Assembly: GCA_964526865.1 (NCBI GenBank)
Contig: CAZGMX010000001.1
Location: 1-39,326, forward strand
DNA length: 39,326 nucleotides
Origin: an uncultured Actinomycetota bacterium
GTDB lineage: Bacteria > Auribacterota > Ancaeobacteria > Ancaeobacterales > CAZGMX01
Direction: 5' to 3'
The position numbers were made by a program, and so were the translations under genes. This document shows, piece by piece, positions 12,501 to 24,500 of the stretch. The first letter of the stretch is position 1, and each line of letters starts with the position of its first letter. The notes beneath the pieces were generated by a model. The model worked only from the letters and a program-made list of their open reading frames with translations, made no database searches and had not been told where the DNA came from.

Positions 12501-15500
12501 TTGTTGGCGGAAAAAATGGCGGGTGGTTTATTCAAGGAATGTGTAAGGGCATCGGCCGAAGGCGGCGTGAAGGCGGCCTTAAGAGAATTTGGAGTGGAAG
12601 GTGTCGCGAAAGAACTCGCGAGCGTGGTGGGCAAGGAAGGAAATTGGTTGGCGGCGAGAATGTACAGTGAGGCGACCTTGAAAGGCGGGCTGGAGACAAT
12701 TTGGCGGGGAATGTCGAAGGAAGTGGTGGAAACGAAAATTGCCACTGCAATGGCCGGTCTTGCGGAAAAAAGTTGGCTGGGCAGTTTGGTGGATTATGTT
12801 GTTGCTGGGTTCTCTAACATCACCGGCTGGGTAGGAAGAGTTACGGGGCTTGGTCTGGGATCGACAGATGGGGTTATTCTCGCCGGGTTGGAGAGACGGT
12901 TATTTGGCGGGACGATAGAAAAGTTCATCAGCGACAAGGGTCTCCAGGCAGGTGCCGAAATCGCGAAGGTTCTGGTAAAAGATGGTCTTCTCTCGGAAAG
13001 TTTGGCCAACTCGCTGGCATCCCGGTTGATGGCGGCTATTACAATGCGTGAGACGCTGGGTCTTGTTGGGATGATGAGTATAGGGCAATGGATGTGGTAT
13101 CGCACCTTTGGCGGGGATGCCTATCTTGATCAGTTTGCGGCGGGGAAACTTCTGAGGGCGGCACCTAAATGGAATGAAGCGGCTTTGACGGAGACGCTGC
13201 TGAGATCGGGATTGAAAGAGACGACGGAGGGGCTTGTCAAGGATGGTGTCAACAAAGTGATAGCAACGAGAGGGGTGGAGGCCTTTGCCAGAAGGCTTGT
13301 CGGGGATACGGTGGGGCTGGAAACGCTTATCATGCAAAGAGGTTTAGGGAGGGGAGTTGCTTTTGTTTCCGAGCGGCTATCTAAAATTCTGCCAGGTGCC
13401 AGCCGAGAGGGGATACTAAAGGCGTCACGCGAAATTACCAATCTCGTCTATAGGGATTTTGTGACAGCTAATGTGCTGTCCCTCGTGCCGACGGGTACGG
13501 GTGTTTTTGGCAAGTTTATGGACCGGATTATGGGCCGCGGCTGGAATAAGGTGGACGAGATGCTGGTGCCCGGATTCAGGAATTCTAGGTTCCAGCTGGA
13601 GAGAATAATTAAGGGACAGGGTGCGGAGGGTGCCGCCAACGTCCTGGTCGATAGAATTGGTTTAAACAGCTTCTTCGCGAACAGGCTCACAGGGTTGGCC
13701 GAAAGGTCGTTGATTGAGGACATGATGGGTAAAGGCGGTCTGACAAAGTTTGAGAGTCTTCTCAAGGAAAAAGGTGTTCAGGCCGCTCGCGAGGCATTGC
13801 TGGCGGAACGCGGCCTGGGTGAAAAATTTGTCGCTTCTGTAACCAGCCGCCTGGAACAAAATGTGGTGCGGCAGGTTGTTGAAGCTTTCAGCCGTGAAGG
13901 AAGCGGGGCCGGCATAGCAAAGTTTGTGGAGCTGAGCGGTGAAACCAACTTTGTCAGCCGAATGGCGCGTATGGGATATGATCGGGAGTTGGCGGGCAGT
14001 ATCGCCAAACGGGCCCTGGGTGGGGAATTTGCGGTGGAGGCGGGGCTGGGCCAGAGACTATGGCAGAGTGTTACGTCCCGATTCCTGAGGGCGGGCAGGG
14101 AGTTTAAGACCTCCGTGGGAGAATTTGGCGTAAGGAACGTTCTCTCGCCCTATGAAGAATTTGGTCTTTTCGGTGAGAGAAAAGAGTTGGCCGGAATTTT
14201 GGATTCCACCAAAAAAATGTTCACGGATATTTACAACAAGGTGACGGGCTATAGCCCGCCCCATTTGCCGGGCGCTGCCGTGGAGCCGTTCACCCGTGCC
14301 ACGATGGGACTGGTTCCGACAATCATCCGCAATCTCGCGTTCGAAGGGTTGAATCTTGGCAAGATTCTGACGTATGCCCACATCGTGAATTATGGATTGA
14401 GCAAGTTTGATTCTTCCGCCTTGATGCCGGCGTGGATGATAAAGGCGAACGATTGGATCAAGGCCCAATTTAACGCGTGGGCCCCATCGTGGGTGAAACA
14501 GGCGTTGGCACCCGTTGCAGCCGCCGGCAATTGGCTCAAGTCGTTGATCATTCCCACACACGATCCCTTCGGCGGCAAGGTGGAGAAAATAGGTTTCTTT
14601 GCCGCGGTGGGACAGGATTATTGGAACAACTTCAAGGAGGGGATCAAACTCTACGTCATCATGCCCTTCTTGAAACCCATCGCCAACTTTTTGGGTATAG
14701 ACAAGGTGTTTGGCCGGCTGGCAAACGCATACGGAAACCAGCTTGTCGGCCGCGCGGGGGGACAGAGTCTTTTTGGCGACGTGGTGGGCAAAGTATTTGG
14801 CGCGCGAGGGACCGCGTTGATGCAAAGGGTCGGCGCAATGTTTGAAAACGAAGGCCTGAGGCATGCCCAGTCCTTCTGGGTGACGGACAAGACATTCCAA
14901 TTTGGCTGGTGGCTCTCGGAGAGTATTGGATCAGGAATTTACAGCCTGAACAATTGGATATCTGGCGGCGATAAAAATACCATTCTTCATGATATAGGAA
15001 CCTCCTTCATGCCGGGCGGGTTCATGTACGAGTATCTGCCCCTGCTTTTGATCGCCTCCGGCCCCGTGGAGACCCGCGCCATCATCGGCCGTGAAAAGTT
15101 CCACAACGACTTAAGAATGGAGCAAATGAACGGCGCGAGAAATTCCATGATGGGAGAAGGCCTGGCCAAAGAAGGATTCATTACGGTCGATGTTGCGAGA
15201 AGACTGGGCGAACAAGGCACCGATGCAGCATTGAGCCGCATGCGGTCCGGCCTGAATTATGGAGCGTTTGAGAGGGGCGGCGCCAATGGGGTCGTGTTCC
15301 GCGATGCAGAGACCGGCAAGATCCTGGACATCATGGGCGGCAGGGAAATGGGCTATCGCGCGATGCTCAACATGTCCGACAGCGCTGGCTACGCCAGCCT
15401 GACCAAGGCATTGGAGAGAGATTTTACCCGCAGCGAGGCGGACCAGCTTGGGCTGGAGGCGATGTACCGCCAGGGAAGAATCGGGATCGACGGCAGTGTC

Positions 15501-18500
15501 AATGATGCCGTCAGCCGTTTATTTGGATTGGATAGTGAAGGCCGTGCACGTTTGAATTCTGATGGACAGAACGCGCTGGTTAAGGATGCCCAAGGCATGG
15601 CGACGGGCAGGGTTCTTGTCGGCACCGTGGAGATGTCTCTGGCGGAAGCAAAACTGCGATACCATGCCTCGATTCGTGATGTCTCCGGGGATACCCTTCT
15701 GCAGGCCTTTGCGCGGGGAGTGACATCGCAGACCGCCCGCGCCATCGACCTGATGCGGCCGGATGAATTGTTCAACGATGATCACACGTTGACTCAGACA
15801 GGGCGCGCTGCCTTTGGCGCAAACGGCGACCGGGTACTCAATTTTAGTGGAGTTGAAGTAACCCGTGATTTGGCGCTGGAGAGAGTTCGTGCGCTCAGGG
15901 AAGGACGCGTCCATGAGACTGGGGAGTTTGGAGGATTCAAATACGAGGGCACAGCAATACGGAGCAGTATCGAAACACGGGTTATGGAGGAGGCCCTGTT
16001 GGATCAGATTTGCAAAGACGTAAGCGGCGATGCCGAGCGCCTGAATGCACGGCGCGTCGTCTTGGAAGCCCTCAAAACGGGCAATGAAGTAACAATGCGA
16101 GAGGCGGCCAAACTCGTCCGGACCGAGCACGATTTGGCGGCGGCGCGCGCCCTCTATGAACAATTTACGGGAGAGAGAGTGACGCCAGAGGGCAACAACC
16201 TTACCAAAGTGTCAGAGATTGCCAACGTGGCATCCTTCCTCACCAGGGCCAATGAGATTGCCGAGGGGATGGGGATGGGCCGGGGCATGTTTGAGTCGGC
16301 GGATGCCTTGATGGACGGCGGCGTTACGGGACAAGCCAGTTTGGCGTTAAAGTATCTGTCGCCCAGCACCATCGTGGTGGAATCGGTGGGATTCCGTGAA
16401 AGAATCATTCGGATGGAAGAATCCGGTCCGCAAGACATGATCCATCAGGCATTGGGCAATGCATACAATGCGTCGGTAGGGGAGGTTGTCTATCGGGGCG
16501 GCGCCTACAATTTGATTGTGCCGGTCAGCGGGGAGGAAAGAGAAAGGAACCGCGTCAGACTCGTCGGAGAGCAGGTCTTTGGCCGGGACGTCGGGGGCGA
16601 ATTGAAGGTCAAGACCTACGAACTAAAAGACGGACGTTTTGAGCAGGTCTTTGTCAAAAATAATATGGAGCTGGGGTATCAGATCGCAGAGACCAAGGTG
16701 TTGGACACCAGGCGATTTGCCGACGGCACTGAGGGATTCTCGTTTAGGAACACGAACAATATCCTTCAGACTGTGATCAAAGATATCAATGGGAGATTGG
16801 TCGTGAACGACAGCAAGGGCACACTGAATCTTGCCGATGTGCGGGATGTAAAAGCGCAGGCCATCAGAGAGGAGGGAACCGATACGAGGGCTCTGCATCT
16901 GGTGGAGATCCAGATGCGTTCGGGAACGAACGGGGAAGGCCGTTATATGCGAAGATTTGTTACGGATTCCAAGGGAAATCAGATCGGGAAGAATTTGGCC
17001 ACCGACGTGGCCTGGAACAACATCAACTTTGCGGGGACGGAGTTCATCGGCAAAGAGGCCTGTCACGGGGCGGGAGAAGTTGTGGTACTGGATGTTGGCG
17101 CGCGTGGAAAGCTGTCTGTCGTGACGGACAACCTGGGCCGTGGCCTGGGGGTCTTTGAAGGGAAGGTGCGATTTGTGGATGTCGGTGCAAACGGCAGGGA
17201 CGCGAGTGAAACGCTGAAAACAAAGCTGATGGGTGGGGGGCTGGATCCAGCGGAAGCAAACAAACAGGCGGCACGGCTCAGCGGTGTGCGGGAATACCAG
17301 TTGAAGGTGGACATGATGGATGATGCGGGCAGGACCGTTACGCGGGATTGGACGGTGAGAAAGGGGGTGGAGTCAACTGTCTCCTTTGGCGCAAGGGCGC
17401 TGGACGGCCAGGTAGAGGTGCGCATCAGCGATCTGTTTGGCCGGGAGCGGAAAGGGAGCTATCAGGGCACGGAAATTGAGGATCTCGGCGGTGTGCTTCG
17501 TCTGAAGACGGCCGAAGGATTTGTGAATATAGATACCGCAAATGGCAATACCGTGCGGGTTGAAGGGGGCAAGATAAAAGTGTCCATGGATTCGCTGGTG
17601 GACGAAGTGGAAATCAAGACGGGTTCCCTGGATGTCTCCAGGCTTTCCGATGCCACCGTCGTAATGGACAGCACGAAGAACATGTTTAGGGCGAAATTGA
17701 AAGTGGGGGATGAAACGCAGGAAATCAGAATGACGCGGAGTGCGGGCACGGGAAGCGTGGTGGTGGAATATGACGCAGAGAAAACGGCTGTGGACAGTAC
17801 CCGTGTGGCTATTGCCAAAGAAGTGCGGACGATCGATGTGAATCCACTGAACGGATCCAAGCAGGATCGTTGTCTCACGAATGTGGATGTTTTTGATAGC
17901 GCCTCCAACAGATCCATCAGGGTGTTGAGCGGTGTAGAAGGACGGGCGGTTTTGGAAAACGGCCAGATCAAGGTGGAAAATGCGCGTCTGAAGACGGATA
18001 CGGTGGTGGATATCAGGCTCCACGAGAGCGGGGCGATGTATGATCTGAACATTGTCAAAACGATCCGGGAGGGTGTTAGTACCCGCCTGGAATTCGGCAG
18101 AAATTTTGTCGATCAGAGAGGGCAGATAATTTATGAAGGCAAGGGCGCCAAGGCGGACATGGATGCTTTACGGTTTGACGTGGATACCACCGGCTCAGAA
18201 GCATGCCGGCTATTTACTATTGCGCAGGGGGGGGTGGAAGTTGGACGAGGCGTTGTGGGTAAAGAGGGTGTGATCGTTCGTGCGGACAAAACCGGCGCAT
18301 ATTTTTACGATGCCAGCGTGAAGGACGATACTGGCATGAAACGATTCACCAGGATCGCGGATGCGATGGCCGACGGGTCCATCCACACCATCAGGGTTTC
18401 GGAGGGAATAGGCGGAAGCAGTTACCGTCAAGTGGAGATTGCGGGCAAGACGGCTTTTGTCAACGGGGAGGGAGTCCGGATATCGAATTTTGTCGACAAG

Positions 18501-21500
18501 AGTTTTGTACAGCCCCCCCTCTTTGACGGTCAGTCGCTGCGTTGGTTGGAGATGGATGGGAAGGGAGTCAAAGTCATTGAAGCGCGAGAGCTCAATGTCG
18601 TTGTTGGGAAAGACAAGGCCGGGATCGACATCGTGGAGCAGAAAACAAAAGTTGTCACGCGGTCCATCGACGAATTGACGGGGGATTTTTCAAAGGGCAA
18701 GGTGACGACAAGGATATTGGACAGCCAAGGAAAAAATTTCTTGCGGGCTGTTACGGATGTGAGATCTCAAGAGGTGAAAGAAGTTGAGATAGAGGGTGTG
18801 GTGAAGGAGGTCGTTTGGGATGCGGACGCGGCCGAATACAGGATGGTGATGGATATTGAAAACAGTCCCACCCTCAGGGGAGAGCGGGATGGACAGAGGG
18901 TCATGGACCGGACGTATCATGTTGATGGAAAAGGGAATTTCGAATTTTATGAGGAAACGTCGCAACGAATTGACCGCACGGAGAGTGAGAGGCAGGGCAA
19001 GGATGTTTGGGTGGAAAGCAAGACAACGCATGATTTCATGGGGAATGAAATCGACACCGTTTCCAAACAAAACATGGACCGGGTGAGAAATGCGTTTGAC
19101 GGCAATGACAAGGCCGGAATTCCACTGGCGGATGCGTCAGCGAGGATGGAGCGGTCAGCGCTCAAAAAAGAATTTGATGCGGAGGTTGGGAAGTTGAGAG
19201 AGGAAGGATCCGGTTCGTCGCTGAGCCGTCTGGTGGATATCTTTAAGCAGGTTGTGGGCATCAAGGCGGGCAATCTTTCCATGGCGGAGAGGGCGGCCTT
19301 TGGAAAGTTTCTGATGGAAAGGACGATAGAAAGGGACGGTTCCGGCATTAAAACCTTGATGGATGAAGCCCTGAAAGGGGAGGTCGGCAAACGGGACTTC
19401 AATATGATAGAGCAGGTGTCAGAGGCGTTGGGATTGCCTGATGTTGTCAGGGCCTTTGCGGAGGCATCTCGGTCAACGGACAAATCCCGTGCCCCACCGT
19501 ATCCAAAAAATCCTATGACCGGCAAGGAGATCAAGACGGTCGCGGACCTGGAGTCATTCCTGAGAGACAACTTTGTGGCGTATGCGCAGGTGTTCTTTGA
19601 AAAAGTCGGAAAGAAATCAGACGGAGGCTCGGTGAGTTGGACAACCAAACAGGTCAGCTTGCTTCAAAGAATCCTCCTGGGCGAAACAGGTCTCCTGGGC
19701 ACAGGCGGTGGCAAGACGGGGGTCAACATCATGGCCGCTGGGATCATGAGCGAACTGGGCAGGCTGATGGAGGCAGAAAATCTGGAGACCGCCGACGGCA
19801 AAATACGGCGGCAATATGCCGCGATCCTCATGACGGAAAATCCCGCTTCTTCGAACAGATACGTTGAAGACGACATGGGCGTCAAGTTGACCCATCAGGA
19901 ACTTGCCAGTGCGTTCGGGATCAAGCTGGTGAACGGGTCCAAGTTGGGACTGAAAAACCAGTTGGATGACCTGGCGGCGGCACTCGAGTCGCGAAACACC
20001 GTGGTCGTGATCGATCCCACCCAGGCCGGCTTCTTGAACCTTTCCCGCCGGGAGAACTCGCGGCTGGCCAACGCGTTGGACAAGACCACCCATTTGATCA
20101 TCGATGAAATCGACTTATTGGCAAAATCCACCCAGCAATATATCCGCAGTGCCAACAAACCGGGAGAGCGGGAGAATCAGGCAGAGGTTGCAAACTATTT
20201 GGAGTTGGGCGAGACAATTGAAACAAAATTCAAGAGGGTGGAATCCGAGGACGTGAATGCAGTCTATAACAGGAACGAGGCCAAGATAAAAGAATACGAT
20301 GAGGCCCTGGCCAAAGGGGAAATCGTTGAAAACGGCGTGAAGAAGGCCTTTGGGGCACAGGAATACAGACAGGCGCTGGAAGACCTGGGTGTCCTGGTGT
20401 ATGCAAAACAGAGCGGAGACCAGGGGGTCAGCGGTTTTACCAATAAGGCGGCGGAGAAATATTTTGCGACGTTCAAAAAGGGAGATGGCGCAAGATTTGA
20501 AAAATCGGACATCGAGCAGGCCCTCAGGGCTCAGGTGCAGGAATACGGCACCAATTATACGCTGGAGGCGCACCGTCTCCGACCCGTGGAAGGCAGCGTG
20601 ACAGAGACGCAGTACAGCGACCTGTGTTTTGCCGTGAATCTGGCAAGGAGGGGAAATGCCGAACTGGAAAAGGCAAAAGGAGGGGTCGATTCACAACTAT
20701 ACAAAGACAATTTCCTGAATCCAAAAGATTATGTTGCCAACAAGACCAACACCCAGGCCTCCTTCATCGAGTTCTGGCAAAACATCAGCAGTGCCAATCC
20801 GAGTGTTGATGGAAAGGAAGCCCAAGGCCTGCAGGTCAGCGGCACGACAGGAACAGGCGGCCAATTCCTCAACGTGATCAAGGATACCTTTGGAACGCCC
20901 ATTGCCCTCATCGAGGAGTCCACATTCGACAGGAGCCGCCTGACTGACGAGAACGGCAATGAAAGGATACGAGACGAGAGCGATGATGTGGTCACAGAAG
21001 TGCGGGCATTGGCACGCCGGAATGTTGGAGACAAGGACACCAATGCCACGGTCCTCGTGAAGGTGAAAGATGTGAAGAGCGGCTTGCCGCTCGTGAGCAG
21101 GGCGGGGCATGAGTCGTACCGGTGCCGGAGCGAAAGGGACTCTCGGGGGCAGTTCAATGTGTTCAATGACCGGGACACGATGAACGAGTCCATCAAAGTG
21201 AGACAGGAAATGGACGGAAGCCTGACAGTTGTCCGCGTTGGGGAGATGAGCAATCCAGCGCGGGCGAGTATGGAATCGGCAAGGGATGCTTATACCCGGG
21301 CGCAAAACGAGTACTATGAAAAAATGGACGAGGCATCCAGGAGCGCCATGAACGAGGCCAAGGCAAAGTACGACCGGGCGGATTCGGAATATCAACGGGC
21401 CCTTGCCGCGGAAGATGCCCTCATCCGGAATAATCAGGCGCGGGAAGTCCTGCTGGAAGACGGCACACCAAACGGCACGACGGCCTTCATGACGCTGGAC

Positions 21501-24500
21501 AAGTCCAACAATGTGTTGAGTTTGAGAGATGCTTCCGGCAAGGAGATCATGCGGTCCGGCAAGTATCTTTCTGAGATGGGGCTCACGGTAGCCAAGAACG
21601 GTCAGATCAAGATGGGAGAGACCACCCTGGGGACCGCGAAGCGATCCAACCGCATCCTTGTGGTTGATGAGTTGACGCCGGCGGAATTCATCAACCTGGC
21701 GGCCAACTATGGCGGGCAGAATAAAGACATTCTGATGACGTACAACCGCAACACGCTGACGGGAGTGGATTACCGCGGTGAATTTGACCAGTTTGTTTTT
21801 GGAATCGAACAATTGGATGAGAACCTCGCCAACCAGACGATGGGCCGCGTGGGGCGGGAAGGCGCCCTTGCCAACCGGTTCCTCTTTGTGGTCGAATCGG
21901 AAATGCAGAAGTCTCTGGGCCTCATCGGACAGAAAGAAAGACTCCAGGGACTTCAGTCCGTGTGGGAGGCAGGGCGGGACAGAGAGAATTCGGAATTTGC
22001 CCAGCAGTTTAGGGAGGGCAAGATCGAACGTCAAAAGCATCAAGAATCGGTGGAAAACAACCGGTATCAGGAGAATCTGGATCTTTTGGCAAAGTTCGAT
22101 GAAACCACGGCAACCGGTTTTGATAAATTGACCAGTTTGGAGAAAATGATGCTGGTGGGAAAATACCGCGCGGCATGTCAGGCGGCCGCGACGGAACTGT
22201 TCAAGGTGTCGGACACGGCGAGGTCCAAGGAAGTGTTGAAGCCATTGAAAGACTTGATGGACACCTTCAAGGTGAACGGCGCTGACACGGCGGCCAGCAG
22301 ACTGCTGGAGAGTGTTTTTGAGAAACACCTGAGCCGGCGGCCCACCAATGCCGACATCACGCGCAGCGAAGACGATCTGATAAGCGGCAAACAGAGGGTT
22401 GCCGAGTCGCTCTTGCGGGCACTGGGGGAAGCGGATACAGCGGCGCAAGAAGTATTGAAGGCGCTGCAGGAGGGCACCGCCAATGTGGAAGCGGCGGACG
22501 CGGCCCGGCTCAAAACAGAGATCGAGAAGGGGATCGAGGGACGCAAGGCCATTCGGGAACAAATTCAAAGCGATATCGACAACAACTTTGCCGGTGTCAG
22601 TGAAAGATTGGCGGGCAAAAAGCTGGCGGATTCACTCAGCAGTGCGAAAGACACGCAGGCAATCTATGATTTTGCGATGAGCAAGATTGCTCCTCACATC
22701 GTGCCGGAGATGCGCAGTGAGGCCATGCGATCTGAAAATGAAGTTTTGGCCAGGCAGCTGGCGCAAGAGACCCAGACTGCCAGGGCGCCTCCGGCTCCCA
22801 AGACAGTGGAGGAATTCCGCGCAAAACTCACCGAGAGTCAAGCCGGCAGGGAGGGAATGCCCGCCCTGCCCGGCTACACCGACGCCCAAGTCAACGCAAT
22901 GGTCACAGCCAGCAACTTAAATGCCGCGGGAACCCAGGAGGAAAAAGAAAGGCGCCTGGCCAGTGCCTGGAGCATGCTTCAGGGGGGTTATGCGGGTGCC
23001 TTGCAGACGCATTTGGTGTCGCTGTCCGGCGCCATGATCCCACAGGGAGCCACCCAGCAGGAGATCAACACCCAAATATTCGTGGGGTTGATGAACCGGG
23101 GCATTCTGGACACCGCCGCCGCGCAGAATGTGTCTTTGCAGCAGATTGGTTCTATTGCCTACATTCAGGCCCAGCTGCAAAGTTCGATCCCTGATGTGTC
23201 CGTGGCACTGACCGCGCAGGATTGGAACGACATTCGCAATTTGGGGGAAGGTTCTCTGGTCAATTATGTTGCCCGGGCGACGCAGGTCATATTGGGAAAA
23301 ATAATCACGGCACAGCGCAGTGATTTGAGTGCCGATGAAAGGACGAACATTGAAGCGCACGTGGTGGCGCCCTTCGTGCGGGTGCTTCAGCAATACCGGG
23401 ACCGGATTGCCAATAAGGAGCTTGGAAAACTGCCCACCGTCGCGGAAATATTTGGCGTCGCCAGAGACTTTGTCCAGGAACTGAAAAAGCAGGGAAGGCA
23501 GATGGATGAGCAACAGACCGAAGCAATGGAAGATGTGTTTGTAGACGCGTTGATGGCCAATGTGGACGGCATCGGATTTGGCCAGGACAAAGTGGAGGCC
23601 CTGCGCGTCATGGATCGCACGGTTCAGAGTGTGAAACCGGGCAGTATCCTGAAGGCCGAAACGGCGATCAATATATTGAAAGAAAGGGATCCCATCAAAC
23701 GCAACGACATGATCCGGACCATGCTTGTTGCCGCGGCAAACGAGGACCCGGAAGGTGCCTTCCGGTTTGATGTCATGAGCCGTTTGAGGCGCAGTGCGGA
23801 AAGTGGAACGGTGCTCTCGGCACAGGCGATCCAGAAAGTGATTCAGGATGTCCGCACAAAATACAACATCATGAGCGATGAAGTGGCGTACCGTTGTCTC
23901 AGAGAGGATATTGCGGGCCTCTTGCAGGGGCTGGGGCAGGGGAACCGCGAGAGAATGTTGGACGCAAAGCTCAAGGGCATGTTCGGAAGTGTGAAGCTGG
24001 GTGAGGAGGTTCCCCAGGCAAAGCAGAAAGCGGCCATGGCTCTCCTGCCCAGGTTTATGGAAATCATGACAAGCTTGAGTCCGAGCGTCCAACTCAAGGA
24101 ATTGATGAAGGCTGCCGTGGAAATAAACAAGGGCATTAGCAATCCAGAAGAGCAGTTGGATACCGGGCCGGAAGCCTTGCAGCAGCTTGCCAACGCCCTG
24201 CAGAAGGGTGTGGCTCCCATCGCCGTCCAATACATTGTGATTCAGCGTCTGAGGAATTTGACTGCGGAGAACCTGGATCTGAGCGATATCACCTTGGACG
24301 GCATTGTGGCGGATGCCAATGGCTTTGCTCAGGATGAAAAACAACTGCAGTCCCGCGCAAAGGTGCTGGAGTTGGCCGGCGGAATCCTGTTTGAAAAGGC
24401 GATGGAGCAGAACAAGCTGTATCAGGCGGAGCAGGCAGTCGAAATAAAGATCGGTAAAATCGTGGAAGCGACAGTGCCGGAGGCACAGCGCTCGGGTGTT

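Larger units (their letters stand above)
11883..15090 (+). other. Domain-level region: Gly/Ala/Trp/Leu-rich hydrophobic-amphipathic block, a putative membrane-interacting module.
   Basis: Contains uncharged stretches and GxxxG-type spacing, for example WSGVWSGIGAAWNWGTG. Also many G-L-G / G-x-G-rich amphipathic helices: GWVGRVTGLGLGSTDGVILAGL, LGLVGMMSIGQWMWY, GIKLYVIMPFLKPIANFLGI, FQFGWWLSESIGSGIYSLNNWISGG, YLPLLLIASGPV. Confidence 0.45.
19620..21900 (+). other. SecA-type DEAD (SF2) motor ATPase module embedded in the giant CDS.
   Basis: The ordered motifs I, II, pre-III, III, V and VI are all present in register with SecA as I recall it (see the motif features below). Motif VI reads GIEQLDENLANQTMGRVGREGALANRFLFVVES, against SecA [31 protein letters not shown].ED. 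Confidence 0.8.

Noticed and set aside
14553-14576. PTHDPFGG, reminiscent of the RHS-core terminal P-x-x-x-x-D-P-x-G-L autoproteolysis motif.
   Set aside because: The spacing and last residue do not match (P-x-x-D-P-x-G-G). It lies about 5 kb downstream of the last YD-like sequence, inside the hydrophobic block. A short motif like this is expected by chance in 13,000 aa.
20697-22568. The 623-aa minus-strand ORF, the longest in the supplied track.
   Set aside because: It is exactly codon-antisense to the SecA-like ATPase module of the + frame-3 ORF. Its stop is the sense Leu codon CTA at 20697-20699. Its translation is Arg/Leu/Pro/His/Gly-rich with no recognisable motif, whereas the sense strand carries a full ordered motif set. 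It is a shadow ORF.
22917-24344. The 475-aa minus-strand ORF.
   Set aside because: It lies in the same antisense-codon frame (end = 2 mod 3). The composition is typical of a shadow ORF, and the sense frame reads as coherent helical protein.
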